From the human T2T-CHM13v2.0 reference genome, Homo sapiens, in assembly GCF_009914755.1 (NCBI RefSeq), contig NC_060927.1: DNA of 64,000 nt, one strand, 5' to 3'. A model generated the notes under the pieces. That model ran no database searches, was not told the origin of the DNA, and saw nothing but the letters and a program-made list of their open reading frames with translations. Of the stretch, positions 29,515-43,091 are shown in pieces. The translations under genes were made by a program, and so were the position numbers. The first letter of the stretch is position 1. Every line of letters starts with the position of its first letter.

Positions 29515-30451
29515 TAGTATTTTCTTTAACAGTAACATTTTAGACTTCTTGTTTGTAAAGATTAAGTATATTTAATGAGGATAAATCCTTAATAAGTAAA
29601 TGCTGGTTCTATTTCCCTTTGTTCCCTTTTGTAGGTCTATGATTTGATTCACCAACTAAACTATTTAAACTTCAGTGTGCATGACAGTGACCTGGGAAGA
29701 TTTTGAAGAATGTAGTTGCTCAGCCCTATCCAAGTGAGAAGCTTGGGCCCAAAATTTCTACTTTTTCATGCTTCCTATATGATTCAGTCATGGGTGATTC
29801 AGGAAACCTTATTCTGAGAAACTCTACAAAGCACAGGTGTAATAATTGTTTATGATCATCATGGGTCCTAGTATACATTTCTCACACATTGCTATTCAAC
29901 AGGTGCTATGTGATACAGTATTAACTATAATAACAATAATAATGCAAACCATACTAATAATTTTAATATTATTGTTTTAGTTATGGACTGCCTTTATGGT
30001 AGTTCTCTACTAACTCAATTATTTCACTGTCCAGGTAACTCTACTAGTATACCATACCAGATACAGAGCAAAAGGTTTCCAACTCTTCAGTCTATTTTAC
30101 CATACTCAATATCTTTGTTTGACACTTCAAAAATAAATGAACCTACATTTTCAATGACTGAAAGCTGTGTAATTACTCATCTCTTCAAACATAAAGTAAA
30201 ATCCTGATTTCTAAAACACAAAAACTTCACATTCCTTTATTAAGCAAATACCTTAGATTATTTCTTTTGACAGTAAATGACAACAATATCCCAAGCACCA
30301 TTTTAGGCAATGGAGATATACAAGACAGGCACATCCCCTGCTATCATGGAGTTTTCACTTTGGGGAACGTCAAACAATAACGAAGTAAATAGATGCTTAA
30401 TATAACTTATGTACAGAGAAAATAAAGCAGCTAGGTACAGAATAGCGGCTG

Positions 30452-30870
30452 TGTAATGAGTGCTGAGCTGTGAAACCCAGATGCCCCCCTTCAGAACTAC
30501 ATGACTTCATCTTCCAGCTTCTAGAAGTGCTACTGGCTGATACATTCAATTATTTCACTTAGGGGAAGACAGTCCCCTAGTCCAAGATCATGTCCCTTTC
30601 CCAGGGTCTCTCAGATCTCGCAGTCTGCATGCAATGACTGGTCAACATGAAGGTATAAAGTCTGCACTCTTGCCCAAGTCAGGGCATCTCTGAGGGGCTA
30701 TTCCAGTTCTAGTGCTCCCATGGCTTCGCTGAAAGCTGACTGCATCACAGTTCAGCTTCTCCCTTGTCCCGATCCTGCTTTCTTCCCTTCTATATGTGTT
30801 GATCCCAAAAAGAACTCCTTGCATACTCATCTCCTCATGGGGTGTGCTTTTCCTGGAACCCAACTGCAAT
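30452..30870 (+). mobile_element. ERVL solo LTR, LTR16-like
   Basis: cccagatgccccccttcagaact...ctgcatcacagttcagcttctcccttgtcccgatcctgctttcttccc...tttcctggaacccaact. Confidence 0.7.
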
Positions 30871-31194
30871 GAGCTGAAAATGGAAATTGAATGTCTGCTT
30901 TACTCCCTTGGCACTCCCTGACATACATGAATTTATTTTCATATTTCCCACTCCTGTTAGCCTTTATGCCTATAGAATGACTTAATTTATAAGCCAGGCT
31001 CCATAAATTCCTGTCTACCACTTTCTTCAGCTCAAAGGAATAGACGTTTTTCCTCAAAGAAATATTCATTTCTTTTTCCAAAAATATTTGTCTAAATACA
31101 AATAACGACATATCTGTTGGGGAAAAAAAGGCAATCTGGATTTTTTGAAGCACTGTACTGGGATATCTTCCTTCATTCTATTTTGAAATGTTTT

Positions 31195-31450
31195 AATAAC
31201 AATCATAACAAGTTAAATTTATAAAGCATTTGCCATGCATTCAATATTATGTGAAGTGCTTTTATATTCACTATTTCATTTTATCCCAAGAACAACTTAC
31301 GAGTTTACAAATTATTATCCCATTATACCAAGAAGAAAACTAAAGTTTAATGGGTGTAAAATGTATCCAATGAACCAAATCCAATAGGTGATAAAAATTT
31401 TAATCTAAACCCAGGCAGTGGACACCTGACTCTTAACTACCATTTGCCTT
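31195..31450 (-). mobile_element. MIR SINE
   Basis: attattatcccattataccaagaagaaaactaaagttta...aacccaggcagt. Confidence 0.65.
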
Positions 31451-32667
31451 TTATACAATTTAGAAACCATTGTTCAAGAGTTAAGTGCTATTTTATATAT
31501 TCTTTTTAAAAAAATTCAGTTCCCTTCTCTCACCTCAAAAAAACCCCAGTGCATTTTATACTAATCATGAAAATACAGACAAGGGAGTTTTCTAATGTGT
31601 CGATGGTAAATGCAAACTACCACTTTTGCCTACTTTAAAAAGAAAATTTCCTTTTTATCCAGAGTGTGACACTACACTATCATAATGGCATTTTTCATTC
31701 TGTTCCGGTTTATGATCAGTCAGATGTTGTTAATATGCTAGTGGAGAATCCAAAGACAAGTATCCACCTAAGTAGTTGACCATTTGGGACTTTCAATCTC
31801 CTATAACTGCCAACCCACATAATGTACAAACAAAGAGTAAAACTTCAAGGATTAATGTAAGACACTGCAAAAATGAAAGTGACATAAAGAGAGAGACACA
31901 TATTTTGCACCATATTGTATGTTTTCATTACCCTTTACAAAAAAATGTGTTTCATTTTGAGCTATAGAGCAAAATCATATGGTTTGCTCATAACATGTTT
32001 ATTCATCTTTAAACAATGCATTTAATTAAGTTTATCATGGAGATTTTAAAAATAGCTTTGACAAAATTCAATTTATAAGAAAATATTTTGTTGGTAGCAT
32101 TAGAACCCAGTTATTTCAGGTCAAACCACTGCAGGGAAGAAAGATTTCTCTCCTTGAGTTTTGATCTATACAGTTCTGAACTGAAGTCAAAAGGTCTCTC
32201 CCAGTATCATAATAGTTAACTGTACTTGATCTATAGCCCCCAAGGAAGAGAAAGTAAGTGGAAGCTGACTCAATTTTAGAAAAGGCTAGCTAACATCAGA
32301 AAAACTGCACAGTTTCAAAACAATCAGACATGTCAATAGAAACTTAGATCATTTGATGCTCAACAAAATCAAAATCTGAGTTAGAAGCTAAATAAAAATA
32401 GATTCTCCAGCTTGGTAGCGTTGTTAGAAAGGTTAAGATAAACTGTTGCTAAGATTTAAAAATGATATGACTGTTTCACTTTATGCATGCCCTAACAATA
32501 GAGGATTACACAAAAAGATGGGAATGGAAGAAAATCTCAGCTATTAAATTTGGGAACAAAATTCCTAAAACCACATTTATACAGAACTATATAGTCTCTC
32601 CAAAAAAAACCTTCAATTTTGCATATAAATTAAGAACATTCTAAGTTTCTTATTTCAGTAAACTCAC

Positions 32668-32752
32668 CCATCACTCAAACAACCAGAATGGATAAAATGG
32701 AATGTGCAATATCTAGAGTTGCCTTCAATATGATTGCTTTTTCTTGTTTCAC
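32668..32752 (-). other. Candidate 85-nt internal (probably 5' UTR) exon of the minus-strand gene
   Basis: Minus strand: acceptor aatttattcatatttcag|GTGAAAC, donor GATGG|gtgagt; non-repeat sequence. Confidence 0.45.
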
Positions 32753-32985
32753 CTGAAATATGAATAAATTCCTGAAGAAATTATAGTACCTCTACTTCTG
32801 GAATTTTGTGATAATTGCAGCATGTATAAAATCTAACTAAGGTCTACGCTTAGAATATAAATAATAACATACATTTTTTAACTGGTACCTGTCTTTCAAG
32901 GAGCCTATATTAATAGGAGAAAACAGGCAAATAGTGATTAACTGGCTTTTTCTTAAGTAATATAAGCTCATTGTTACAAAGGCAT

Positions 32986-33701
32986 TGTTATGAGCTGACT
33001 TATGCACCCCTCCAAAAAAAATTCTATTTTGAAGTCCTAAACCCATTACCTCAGAATGTGACTATTTTAGGATAACCTTTAAAGTGATTACTAAAAATGA
33101 AGTTGTTAGCGTGGTCCCTAATCCTATTTGAATAATAACCTTATAAGAAGGGGAAAGTAGGCTGGGTGCCGTGGCTCATGCCTGTAATCCCAGTACTTTG
33201 GGTGGCCGAGGCAGGCAGATTACCTGAGGTCAGGAGTTCAAGACCAGCCTGACCAACATGGAGAAACTCCATCTCTACTAAAAAAAAAAAAAAAAAAAAA
33301 AAATACAAAATTAGCCAAGTGTGGTGGTGCATGCCTGTAATCCCAGCTACTCCAGAGTCTGAGGCAGGAGAATTGCCTGAACCCCAGGAGGTGGAAGTTG
33401 CGGTGAGCCGAGATCACGGCATTGCACTCTCCAGCCTGGGCGACAAGAGCAAAACGCTGTAGAAAGAAAGAAAGAAAGGAAGGGAGGGAGGGAGGGAGGG
33501 AGGAGAGAGAAAGTAGGGTACAGGCACTTATAGGGGAATATCATGTGAAGAGTCTGGCAGAAGACTGCTATCTACCAGTTAAGGAGAGAGGCATGGTGAT
33601 AGCAGACTTCTGGCTTCTAGAACTATGAGAAATTAAATTTCTGTTTTTTAACCCACTCAATCTGTGGTACTTTGTTATGACAGCCCTGGCAAACTAATAC
33701 A
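32986..33701 (+). mobile_element. MLT1B-like MaLR solo LTR containing an Alu
   Basis: tgttatgagctg...gaagtcctaaacccattacctcagaatgtgactatt ... gtggtactttgttatgacagccctggcaaactaataca; TG..CA ends, 5-bp TSD ggcat/agcat. Confidence 0.85.
33160..33508 (+). mobile_element. AluSp-like SINE with expanded A24 linker and (GAAA)n/(GGGA)n tail
   Basis: cctgaccaacatggagaaac, gacaagagcaaaac; TSD remnant gaaagta. Confidence 0.92.
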
Positions 33702-36700
33702 AGCATGTAGACAAAGCTAGCCATTAAATGGCATAATTACATAAAGTTGTTCATTCCAGGAGTTATCTGAGAGCAAATGACTCCAACCAGAGCATATGCT
33801 AATTGTTCTATTCATGATCTAAGCAATTAATTTTACTATAAAATTACTCTTCATTTAGGTTAATATTTGCTTAAAATTCAGAACTCCATGTCTCCTTCTC
33901 TATACTATACCTCTCTCAAGGGTAAAAATCCCAATACTTATTAATCTTTGTATGCTGAGTGCCTGGAACAGTACCTGGCACTCACTAAATGCTTTCAGAA
34001 TTAAATGAGCCCATGAAATAAACAAGCAAATACATGTTTGGCTGAATAGTAGCAGCAGCAGAAGAATCTCAAGTTGAACCTAGATAATTACAGTATGAAT
34101 TACTTGTTCACCATATTCACTGTCACAATGTGAATAGTGTTCCTAGGGGACTTGCGTAGGAAAAATGTGATTCAATGGAAAGACTGCTCAGTGTGGAGGT
34201 AGTTGTTTTGAGTTCTAGTGGCAATGCCATTCTCTGAGATAATAACTTCCCAATCTTCTTAAATGTACACTGGTGATATCTGTGTTTCCTACCTCACACG
34301 TACTGAACATTTACTCTTCAAGAAAGAGAAATAAACAAGATAATGCAATTGAACATACTTTGTAAAACATCTTTTATAAGATTTGACATTTCTGGGACCA
34401 AACCCAAGGTTTTACTATTTCTGGAAATCCTTCATTTTAAAAAAGGGAAGGCATATATGATCAAGGATGTGTGACAGATAATAAATGCACTGGACCATAA
34501 ATCAACAGGACACATGAATTTTTATGCAGTTTCCAGTGCAATATTTATGGTCTGGGTCCAACCACACTTAGCATGAAAATGAAAGAAAATTCAAAAGTAC
34601 ACTGAGAACTACTAACTTCGATAAATTTCTAGACATTGCCATTATTAATTTTCTGAATTCTTGTGTAGGACAATAACCAATTAATAATATAAGATGTAAC
34701 CACTCATGAAGTTGTAAAATATAAGCAAAAGATTACAAGTGTGAAATAATAATAATGCAATGCATAAAATGTGAAATAAACCTTGGCTATGTTGTAAGTA
34801 AACATGAATATAGAGTTTGGTTTAATTGTTCAGAATATAACCAAAAAATGTTTGGTAGAACTTTCTAAAGTTTTCTTCTCCTGTCTTATGAATTCACAAT
34901 GCTCAAAGCCTGGATGTCCAATACAATACTGCTTCCCATGACTTTAGACTAAGCGTTTACATGCAAAGAAGTTTACCCCAGGAAAAATTCATAACTGTTT
35001 CAACATGTTAATATTAGTTGCTTATAACTGTGTCTCCACTTTGCATTGTTTTTATGTCTTTTCACTTCAGATTCAATAATATTTTTTAAAAGGAAAAGAT
35101 GTATGGTTGAAAAATAACTCAGTAAAAATTTCTTTGTGCAGTTAACCCTTTAGGATGGGATTACCCATGTGTTTAATTACTCACCTTTGAACCCAAATGT
35201 GGATGATATCATAATAAAATATTGACGATAAAATATATTGCCCTATTAATGATCAAAGTTCTAACTATGAGCATTTGTAGCACCAGTCCATGATAAATCT
35301 GTGTGTATAAGCTATTGATTCCAGGCTTGACAAACCTTAGCAAATTCTTAATTCAATTAATATTTGTTGAAGACACCTTATGTACAAAATATCACCTAGC
35401 CATTATCTTTGTAGAACTTATAATTCAGTGAAGATAAGCATATACTCAAGTAACAATACTCCAAAAGATAATGTATTTCTTTTTTTTGTTGTTTTTTTCA
35501 CATGCGATTATAACTTCCTTTCTAGAATGAATACACTTCTTGACAGAGTGCTCCTTTTGAATGTGTAAAAGACATTCTTCTGTGGCACTAAAACCATAGC
35601 TAGAATTCATCACATTTTAAAGATACTGTTAATAAGCACCACTTATTGCATGGCAGGCATACCTTAAACCCTAGGTATACCTAAAACCATTCTGGGGGAT
35701 ATACATTATTTTTCACTTCACTGATGAAGAAACTCACTCTCAGTAAGGCTGCACAACTTACCTTAAGATATCATAATTAGGACATGTTAGAAGAGATTCA
35801 ATAGACCCGCTTCCCCTGGCACATACTCTTATCCACAATGCTACACTGATGTCAGTAAAGGACAATTCACATTGGTTCTTACAGCTGCATGTATATCTAC
35901 AATTATCTCAAAATAAAAATGTTAATTTAAAAAAGCAATTAGCCTGATAAAATAACCACTCAGGTTATTTTATAGGAATGCAAAGTAGCCAGAATTGGTT
36001 TTGTTTTCCATAAAGACAGTAATTTTAGCCAAGCTAAATGAATATGCTGCATTCTAATGTCACTGAGATTCTATCAAAGCCCCTCCCTAGAAAGCATAGC
36101 AATATATATCTACCTGTTTTTTCTCCTTAGACCATTCTTATTTAATTTAGAACTTTCTGAAAGATTCTCTCAGAAATGAGCAGTTTATACAAAGACAAGG
36201 GATACTAAGACACAAGAGATATAAATAATAAAAGTTAACAAGCATAATTACTGAAATACTTGGCCCAGCTGTCTGGAAAATACTTTAAGGGTATTTTCCA
36301 GATACTAGCATTCCAAAAATCTAAATCAGATTTTTATACACAATGCTACAATATAAGCAGTACACTTGCTATAACTACAAATATAGCTTCAAATACAAAT
36401 ACATCCAATAACTCTGTATAATGAGAGTAAGCTAAAAATCCAGTGCAAACAAGCCTACAATGATACTTGGTGGTAGTTTGAGACTAAATAAATACATATC
36501 ACAAAGCACATTAAAGATTAACTCATATCTTCAACACAGGCTTCAAGTAATAGTACTATCATGGGTTTCACAAAATTCATAATCCAGAGATCTGAATTGC
36601 TTGCCCTCCACCATAAAAAGAGAAGGCAATTCAAAAATCAGGTTGAGTGAGAGATTTAAGCTAGTTTTCCTCCCAAATATAGAATGAAAATGGTGCTAAC

Positions 36701-38349
36701 CTGAAGAGAGAGAAAAGAACTGCTTGTGTACTTACTCATCCTTACGTGGGCTTTCTTTTATACATCTTTTGTATCATTACCTCATACTGTTCATGTAGCC
36801 AACATAAAAGGGATATGTTAATGTTTCCTTATCTGAGCCAGCCACAAACCTTTACACAGTGGCAAGGAAGAAATGATTCTCCAGCAATATGATGGGTATC
36901 ACAGACTTTCTTCCACCCTGCAAGACTAAGAAGTCTGTAATAAGTTTAAGTAGGAGGTAATTTACAATCCTTACTTTTCCCGGCACATGTGAAAGCAAAA
37001 TTGAAGAAAAAAGTAAGGCAAAAGTTACCAGTTTCCTGCCTAAAAATCTTTGACAGGATTTCCTCCCATTCCTCATCTAATAAACTTATGAACATGTTCA
37101 ATTACCTACAACATGAGGTGAGTTCACCAAGGCATTGCAAAGCATTTTAGGCAGTTTAGATCCATTTAGGTTAGCAGAGCCTCCTTTCACAATCACACGT
37201 TATCTCTGTTCCTGTGCATGACACGGTGTGACTGAGGTTTGCATTTTCCAAGGTGAAAAATGTGATTCACAGCCCAGATGGGCGATTTGTCTTAAGATTC
37301 TTGGATTTCAAATTAAGAGATTTCTTTGGATCTTTGATTCTTGTAATATAATCATACCCTAACACATTTTTAGTGAGTGGCTTTATCTTGACCTTACTGA
37401 ACACAGCAACCATCCAGGTCTCTATAACTTCCTATCACTAAAGGTTTATGTACAAACATCCTGAGGTTTTCACCAAGCAATTCCAAATTATAAGCAAATC
37501 TGAGTAATTCATTCACTCTAAACATATTCAGTAGATAAAAATTTGGAGGCATACATAGTTCTCCACAAACAACTATTACGTGTTTTCTGTTCAAGTCCCT
37601 CTTTCCATTAGATAGCAGGTTCCTATCACATTTTAGTCTAATTCTATAATCTTTCAGTCACTTTCAAGTTGTTAAGAGTCACTCAATATCCATTTTAAAA
37701 CCTCATTTTCGTATGTGATTAGAAGCTCTCTTCCTTCCCTCCAAGCCCTAGAGTTCTACATGGAGGGACATGAGGCCTCATCTTATCTCACAATGTCTTT
37801 GTTTCTAGATGGTTCCTTATTCCACCAAAGATAAGGTAAGAAGGAAGAGGAGGAAAAAAGATGTTGAGTTCTCTGCATAGGCAGTAGCTAAGGAAGCTGC
37901 GTTTGTTACATCCTATTCCTTCCACCTCAAGCAAATTTCTGGTGTGGGAAGTCTGGTTTAGCTTAAATCCACAGGCCTGCCAGAGCTTCTTGCTACTGGA
38001 ATCTCTTCATTCAGTGTAGGTCCCCCTATTAGAAAAATGGGGCCATTCACTCATCTGTGCCATGCCAAGTAACAGAAGCACAGGCTGTGCCCTTGGCTCT
38101 GCCTCTTTGAATTCCACCATGTCTCCTGGACCATGACCATGCCCAAGCAGCATCAGGTTGTCATCCAGGTCAGTGGTTCAGAAAATTTCATGCAAAATAC
38201 AATCACTTCTCCCTGATTTATTGTTGCAGTCTCTGTATATTTGGTAGCCCTCCAAGTACAGGAGATGTGCCCAATTTGAATTCACGATGTCCTGATATAA
38301 TTGCTTGCTATGTGCCAGACCCTGCCATCACAACAATAGAATGTGGAGA

Positions 38350-39190
38350 TCAATCCTATGTCCTCGGACTGTAGCACTATCCCCCCTTCCTTGTTGCAGT
38401 TATTCACTACCCACTTCAAAATTTTAGATCTTGTCTCATGATCACTCTTTTCAAAACTACTTTTGTCATAACTCATGGTGATTTCAATATGCAATTAGAC
38501 AGTCCTTCTACAGTCCTGTTCCTTCACTCCTTTAACTAGAGCAATCTTACTCTCCATCCTACCTCAGCCACACTCTCATCTTTACACTTTCCTATTAACT
38601 GAGCAAATGAGTGTATCTTTTCCCAAATCTCAAACATCTCACTTGCCAACCTCCTATCTTTCTGGCTCACATGTTCTACTACCAGGACTGAAATCATTGT
38701 TGATCTCCCTCCTCCCCACATTTCAGTGTTCCTCATTTTCCTTCTTATCCAATATAAATTCCATGGGCAATCATTCTAATCACAAACACATATGCACCCT
38801 CCATTCCCTTGCCTTTTTCTTGCATTATCTTCTTTTTTTTGGTTGGCCAGACCATAGCTCTGTTAACTCCAATGCCCCATCTGCTTCTCACTAGCATCCC
38901 CTCTGCTGAATGTGGAAAGAGAAACATAGTTATACTGATTACTGGATTTTTTATATCGCCTTGGTTTGAAAGCCAGTTCTCCAACTCCCCATCCCCATTT
39001 TCCAACTGAGTAATCTTAGGCAAGCTATGAACATTTTCTGTATCTCAGTTTCTTCAGTTTTTTTCATTTACAAGATGAAGAAAACATCAGTACATATTTC
39101 AAGTAGATACAGTAAGGATTAGAGTTAATGTATGTAAAGTAGTGCTCCACACTTAGTCTTGATAAATGTTGGCTGCTGTTGCTGCTATTA
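38350..39190 (+). mobile_element. L2 fragment followed by MIR
   Basis: Pyrimidine-rich L2-like sequence, then MIR core gtaatcttaggcaagctatgaacattttctgtatctcagtttcttc. Confidence 0.55.
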
Positions 39191-39603
39191 TGAAAAATAT
39201 TTTTCTATCTTTGAAAAACACAAACTCAATCCAAGAGACACAGTCAAATACCTTATAAAAATTTAATTATCTCCAAAATATGACAGAAATCTTGATAAGA
39301 AGGAAATGAATAGATTGTATTCATTTAAATTAAATTGTATTCATTCAATTAAATTGAATAAATAATGTATAATAAATTATACATTAAAACCTTAAGGAAT
39401 TATTTAGTTACCATGGTTTTAATGGTATAACAATATCCATCAGGCACGTTGTCTTCAAACTAGTGACTCCCATATTGTTTTTATCATAACCTTAATTTTA
39501 AAAATGCAGACAATAACAGAGAACATCAGGAAAACATATAATCAATGACTCCTTACCAGAAACAATCATGATGAGGTCCTTGGAGTATAATAGTCTTCTA
39601 TGC

Positions 39604-39788
39604 CTGTGCTGTTTAATATGGTGTTGCGGTTATTTAATTTAAGCAAAATTTGAAATTCAGTTCCTTAGCCACACTAACCACATTTCAAATGCTCAATAGC
39701 CACGTGTCACTCATGGCTACCATACAGGAAAACACAGATATAGGAAGAACATCACCCTCACTGCAGAAAGTTCTACTGAACAACATTG
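39604..39788. mobile_element. MER3 (hAT-Charlie)
   Basis: aaattcagttccttagccacactaaccacatttcaaatgctcaatagccacgtgtc...ctgcagaaagttctactgaacaac. Confidence 0.8.
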
Positions 39789-42341
39789 TTCGTACCCTTT
39801 ATTATACAAATTTAATTATAAAATTGGATAAATTGAAATTATACATTTGTTTGTGAGCCTCTATATTTACTTATGATATAGTAAGTGTATTTCAATGTCA
39901 ATAGATGTATTTTCTGCCATATCATGTATCATGTTGTTGGAATGCATTTTCGTTCCTTTATACAGTCTCCATCAACTTGCAAAGAAAGTTGCAACTATAA
40001 ACTTATCATCAAATCTTTATGGGTATGAGATATTTTCATTAAAAAATACATTGTAGAAGAAATTCCCATAAGTTGATTCGTTAGATCAAATAACATGCAT
40101 AGTTTTTAATCTCTGGATATGTTTTCAACTCTTTTGCAAAGACTCATCTGAATCTATACATCTATATTTTACATCACACATATTCTTTCTAACATAGTTA
40201 CTTGTTATGTATTTCAGTAAAACAACAGTCAGACCTAGGAAAATAACAACGTATGATATAATAAATAAAATAGGAGTATACAAAAATGAAATGAAGTCTC
40301 AGAGCACCAGCTGTTTAAGAGAACTAAAAAGCAACTAAGACAAAGAAGTCAATCAGCTCCATGATGACTTAAAGAAGGTACCTGGAATGAATTCCAAGAA
40401 ATAAAGGAAGAAGCTGGCCAATGTTAGCAAGATGATGAAAGAAAAGATCCTCTGTTAAAAAAAATTCCAGGAAAACTTCTAAAAATCAACGTATCAGACA
40501 TGAAGCAAGCTAAAAAATATATTATGGAATTAAATCATCTATAGAGTATAAGAAAGGAACATTCATTTGTCCTTAACCCAAGGAATAATTAAAAACAGAT
40601 TTTTGGGATACACAGTATACAACCATATCACAAATTTATCAGTAGAACATGTTAACAAAGAACAATTTATTTTCAGGTCATAAAAATATAGAAGCTACAA
40701 CACATGAAAAGCTGTGTTACAGCAAATAGACACATAACTCAGTAAATTCTGTGTGTTATCTTGTAAGTAGCATTTTTATGCATGTAGGCTAAAAATATTT
40801 CCAATTACTTTCCAAAGATCCAGCATGTAAAAAACCTATGCAGAAAAATAAAACTTGTTAATTTGTGTAGGTATATGAGTCTATGTAAGCAAATATGCGT
40901 GTTTTAAGCAGCTTGAGATTTAACTACTTTGAATTCCAAGGACTGTGTGGAGGTGGAAATCAAGACACCAAATCATACAAATACCACACAACAATGCATC
41001 TATGTTTATACCTCATAGGTACTCTGTTTTGCCTTATTATTGGGCATTTTAAAATGGTCTACACATGAAACAGCAAACCACACAGGAGGTATATTTCAAT
41101 GGGTATGGTATGAAAAGTTTTGTATATGCTGTTGTTTCAAGTATTATCTTTGTATGATTTCTCTTTTACTATCCCTTGATTTTTTAAGGAAAGCATTTTA
41201 CAGTGGGTATTTGAAGTGGGGCAGCAAATAGTGAGGGCAAATCTAAGAAAGGTGAGAAGCAGATAGAAGAGGCCAGACACAATGTTGTCCTTGGCTATAG
41301 AAACTTCCGTCTGAATGAGATTCCAGCAGGTCTTCTGTGCTAGAACTCTGTTTCCCAACTGATCATCTTTACAGCTAAGATTTCAAGGAAATATAAAGAT
41401 GTGGTTGCAAGTACTGTACGAATATTAGATAGGTAGATAATACATAGAATGCAAAGTGTTATGACTTAATTCCTTAAGAGATGGCAATAGAGGAATCGAC
41501 GACAAATCAAAGACAATGCCATTCAAATGGGATATTTCTGAGTTTAGTCAATGCAAAGTGATTAGATAGACAGATGATAGAGTGATAGAAAGATAGATAG
41601 ATAGCTCTGAACATTTTACAAAGTAGATTCAAGGTGAAATATTTAAAAGAAAGAATAAGATAATATCATATATGAAGAATGGGAGGTTTGAGTGGTAATA
41701 AAATCAGAGTCTACTATTAAGTGAGTAAAACATTTACTATCCAAAAAATACCCTATCTTCAGAATGTATAGGAAACAAGATAGCAAGTTATAATAAAACC
41801 TACATTTTACTGAGCATATTAATTATATGAAAAAGTGCAAGAATAAGCATTAGCACATAAAAAGAAAATTCCATCATTGATTATCAAGAAGTTCACATAC
41901 ATAATTACATAGTACTTTTCCTGTCTTAACACAATGAAGCTTTCGGATGGGAAGAAAAATAGACCAGAATATATCATTATCTCCAAGTTTCCAAGTGAAC
42001 TTGAATTGTTTTTAAGTTTCAGGAAGTGTTTAAGGGAGAAAATACAAACTGAAGAGTAGTTCTGAATTATAGTAATAAATGCAGTAAGAAATAGCTGTGG
42101 TTGGTGGTGGACAGGTTTTCTCACAGACCCTCTACTACTTTTCAATTAGATGCAAGACAGATAAATTAATGTCACTTATAATCAAGCAAATACTTTTACA
42201 GTCTTAGGAAATTCTTTTTAATGTGGTGATTTTAAGGTGACTGAAAAGTTTAGTAGAAAACTTGGAAGTGCAGATATAAATTCTTGGAAGCATACAGTTA
42301 TGTCTTTACAGTATTTTATTTACATTTCTACTGTAGCATTA

Positions 42342-42742
42342 TATCAGTCAGGATATGCTAGGTTATGCTAAACTATCAAAATCCTAAAATTCTAGTAACT
42401 TAAAGAAAAAAAAACTTATTTCTTGTTCCTTCAGTATATTCATATTAGGTCAACAGGTCCTCTGTTCCAAGTTATTCTCTCAGGGTCACAGGTTAACAAA
42501 GGCTTCACCATCTGGAGTACTGTTTGTCTCTGACAAGAAAAGGGAACTTTAGCAAATCACACACCAACTTTTAACATCTTCTGCCAAAAGTGACATATCA
42601 CTTCCATTCACATTTCATTGGCCACAGCCAATAACATAACTTCTGGAGTAATCTAACTTCAAGGGGGTGGAGAATTGCAATTCTTCCAGGTGATCAGAAG
42701 AAGGAGAACAAGAAATATTAGGAAACAGATTTAAACATTACA
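42342..42742 (-). mobile_element. MLT1 (I/J/L-like) MaLR LTR
   Basis: tatcagtcaggatatgctaggttatgc...aagtgacatatcacttccattcacatttcattggcca. Confidence 0.7.
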
Positions 42743-43091
42743 AGCATTCGATATGCTATATTTTAAATGGTCTATTTTTCTCTTTCCCAGTTACCTTTGA
42801 GCTCCTGGAAAGAAAATGTTGAATTATATCCATATTTCCAAAGTTTGTACCTTATGCAGTACTGGGCACTCAATAAATATTTGTCGAATGAATAACAGGG
42901 ACAGTCAGCAGTGTCAAATATTTCAGCATGTTCAAGAAGTAATACTGAAAAGAGACTTTTGGATGTGACACAAAGTTCACTTGTAATAACTGAAAAATTG
43001 TCTCAGAAATATGACAAATTGAGGTGAGGAAATGAAGACAAAGCATAGATACTGCCCTTTCCAAAAGTCTGGCATCAATTCCAAGGAAAGG

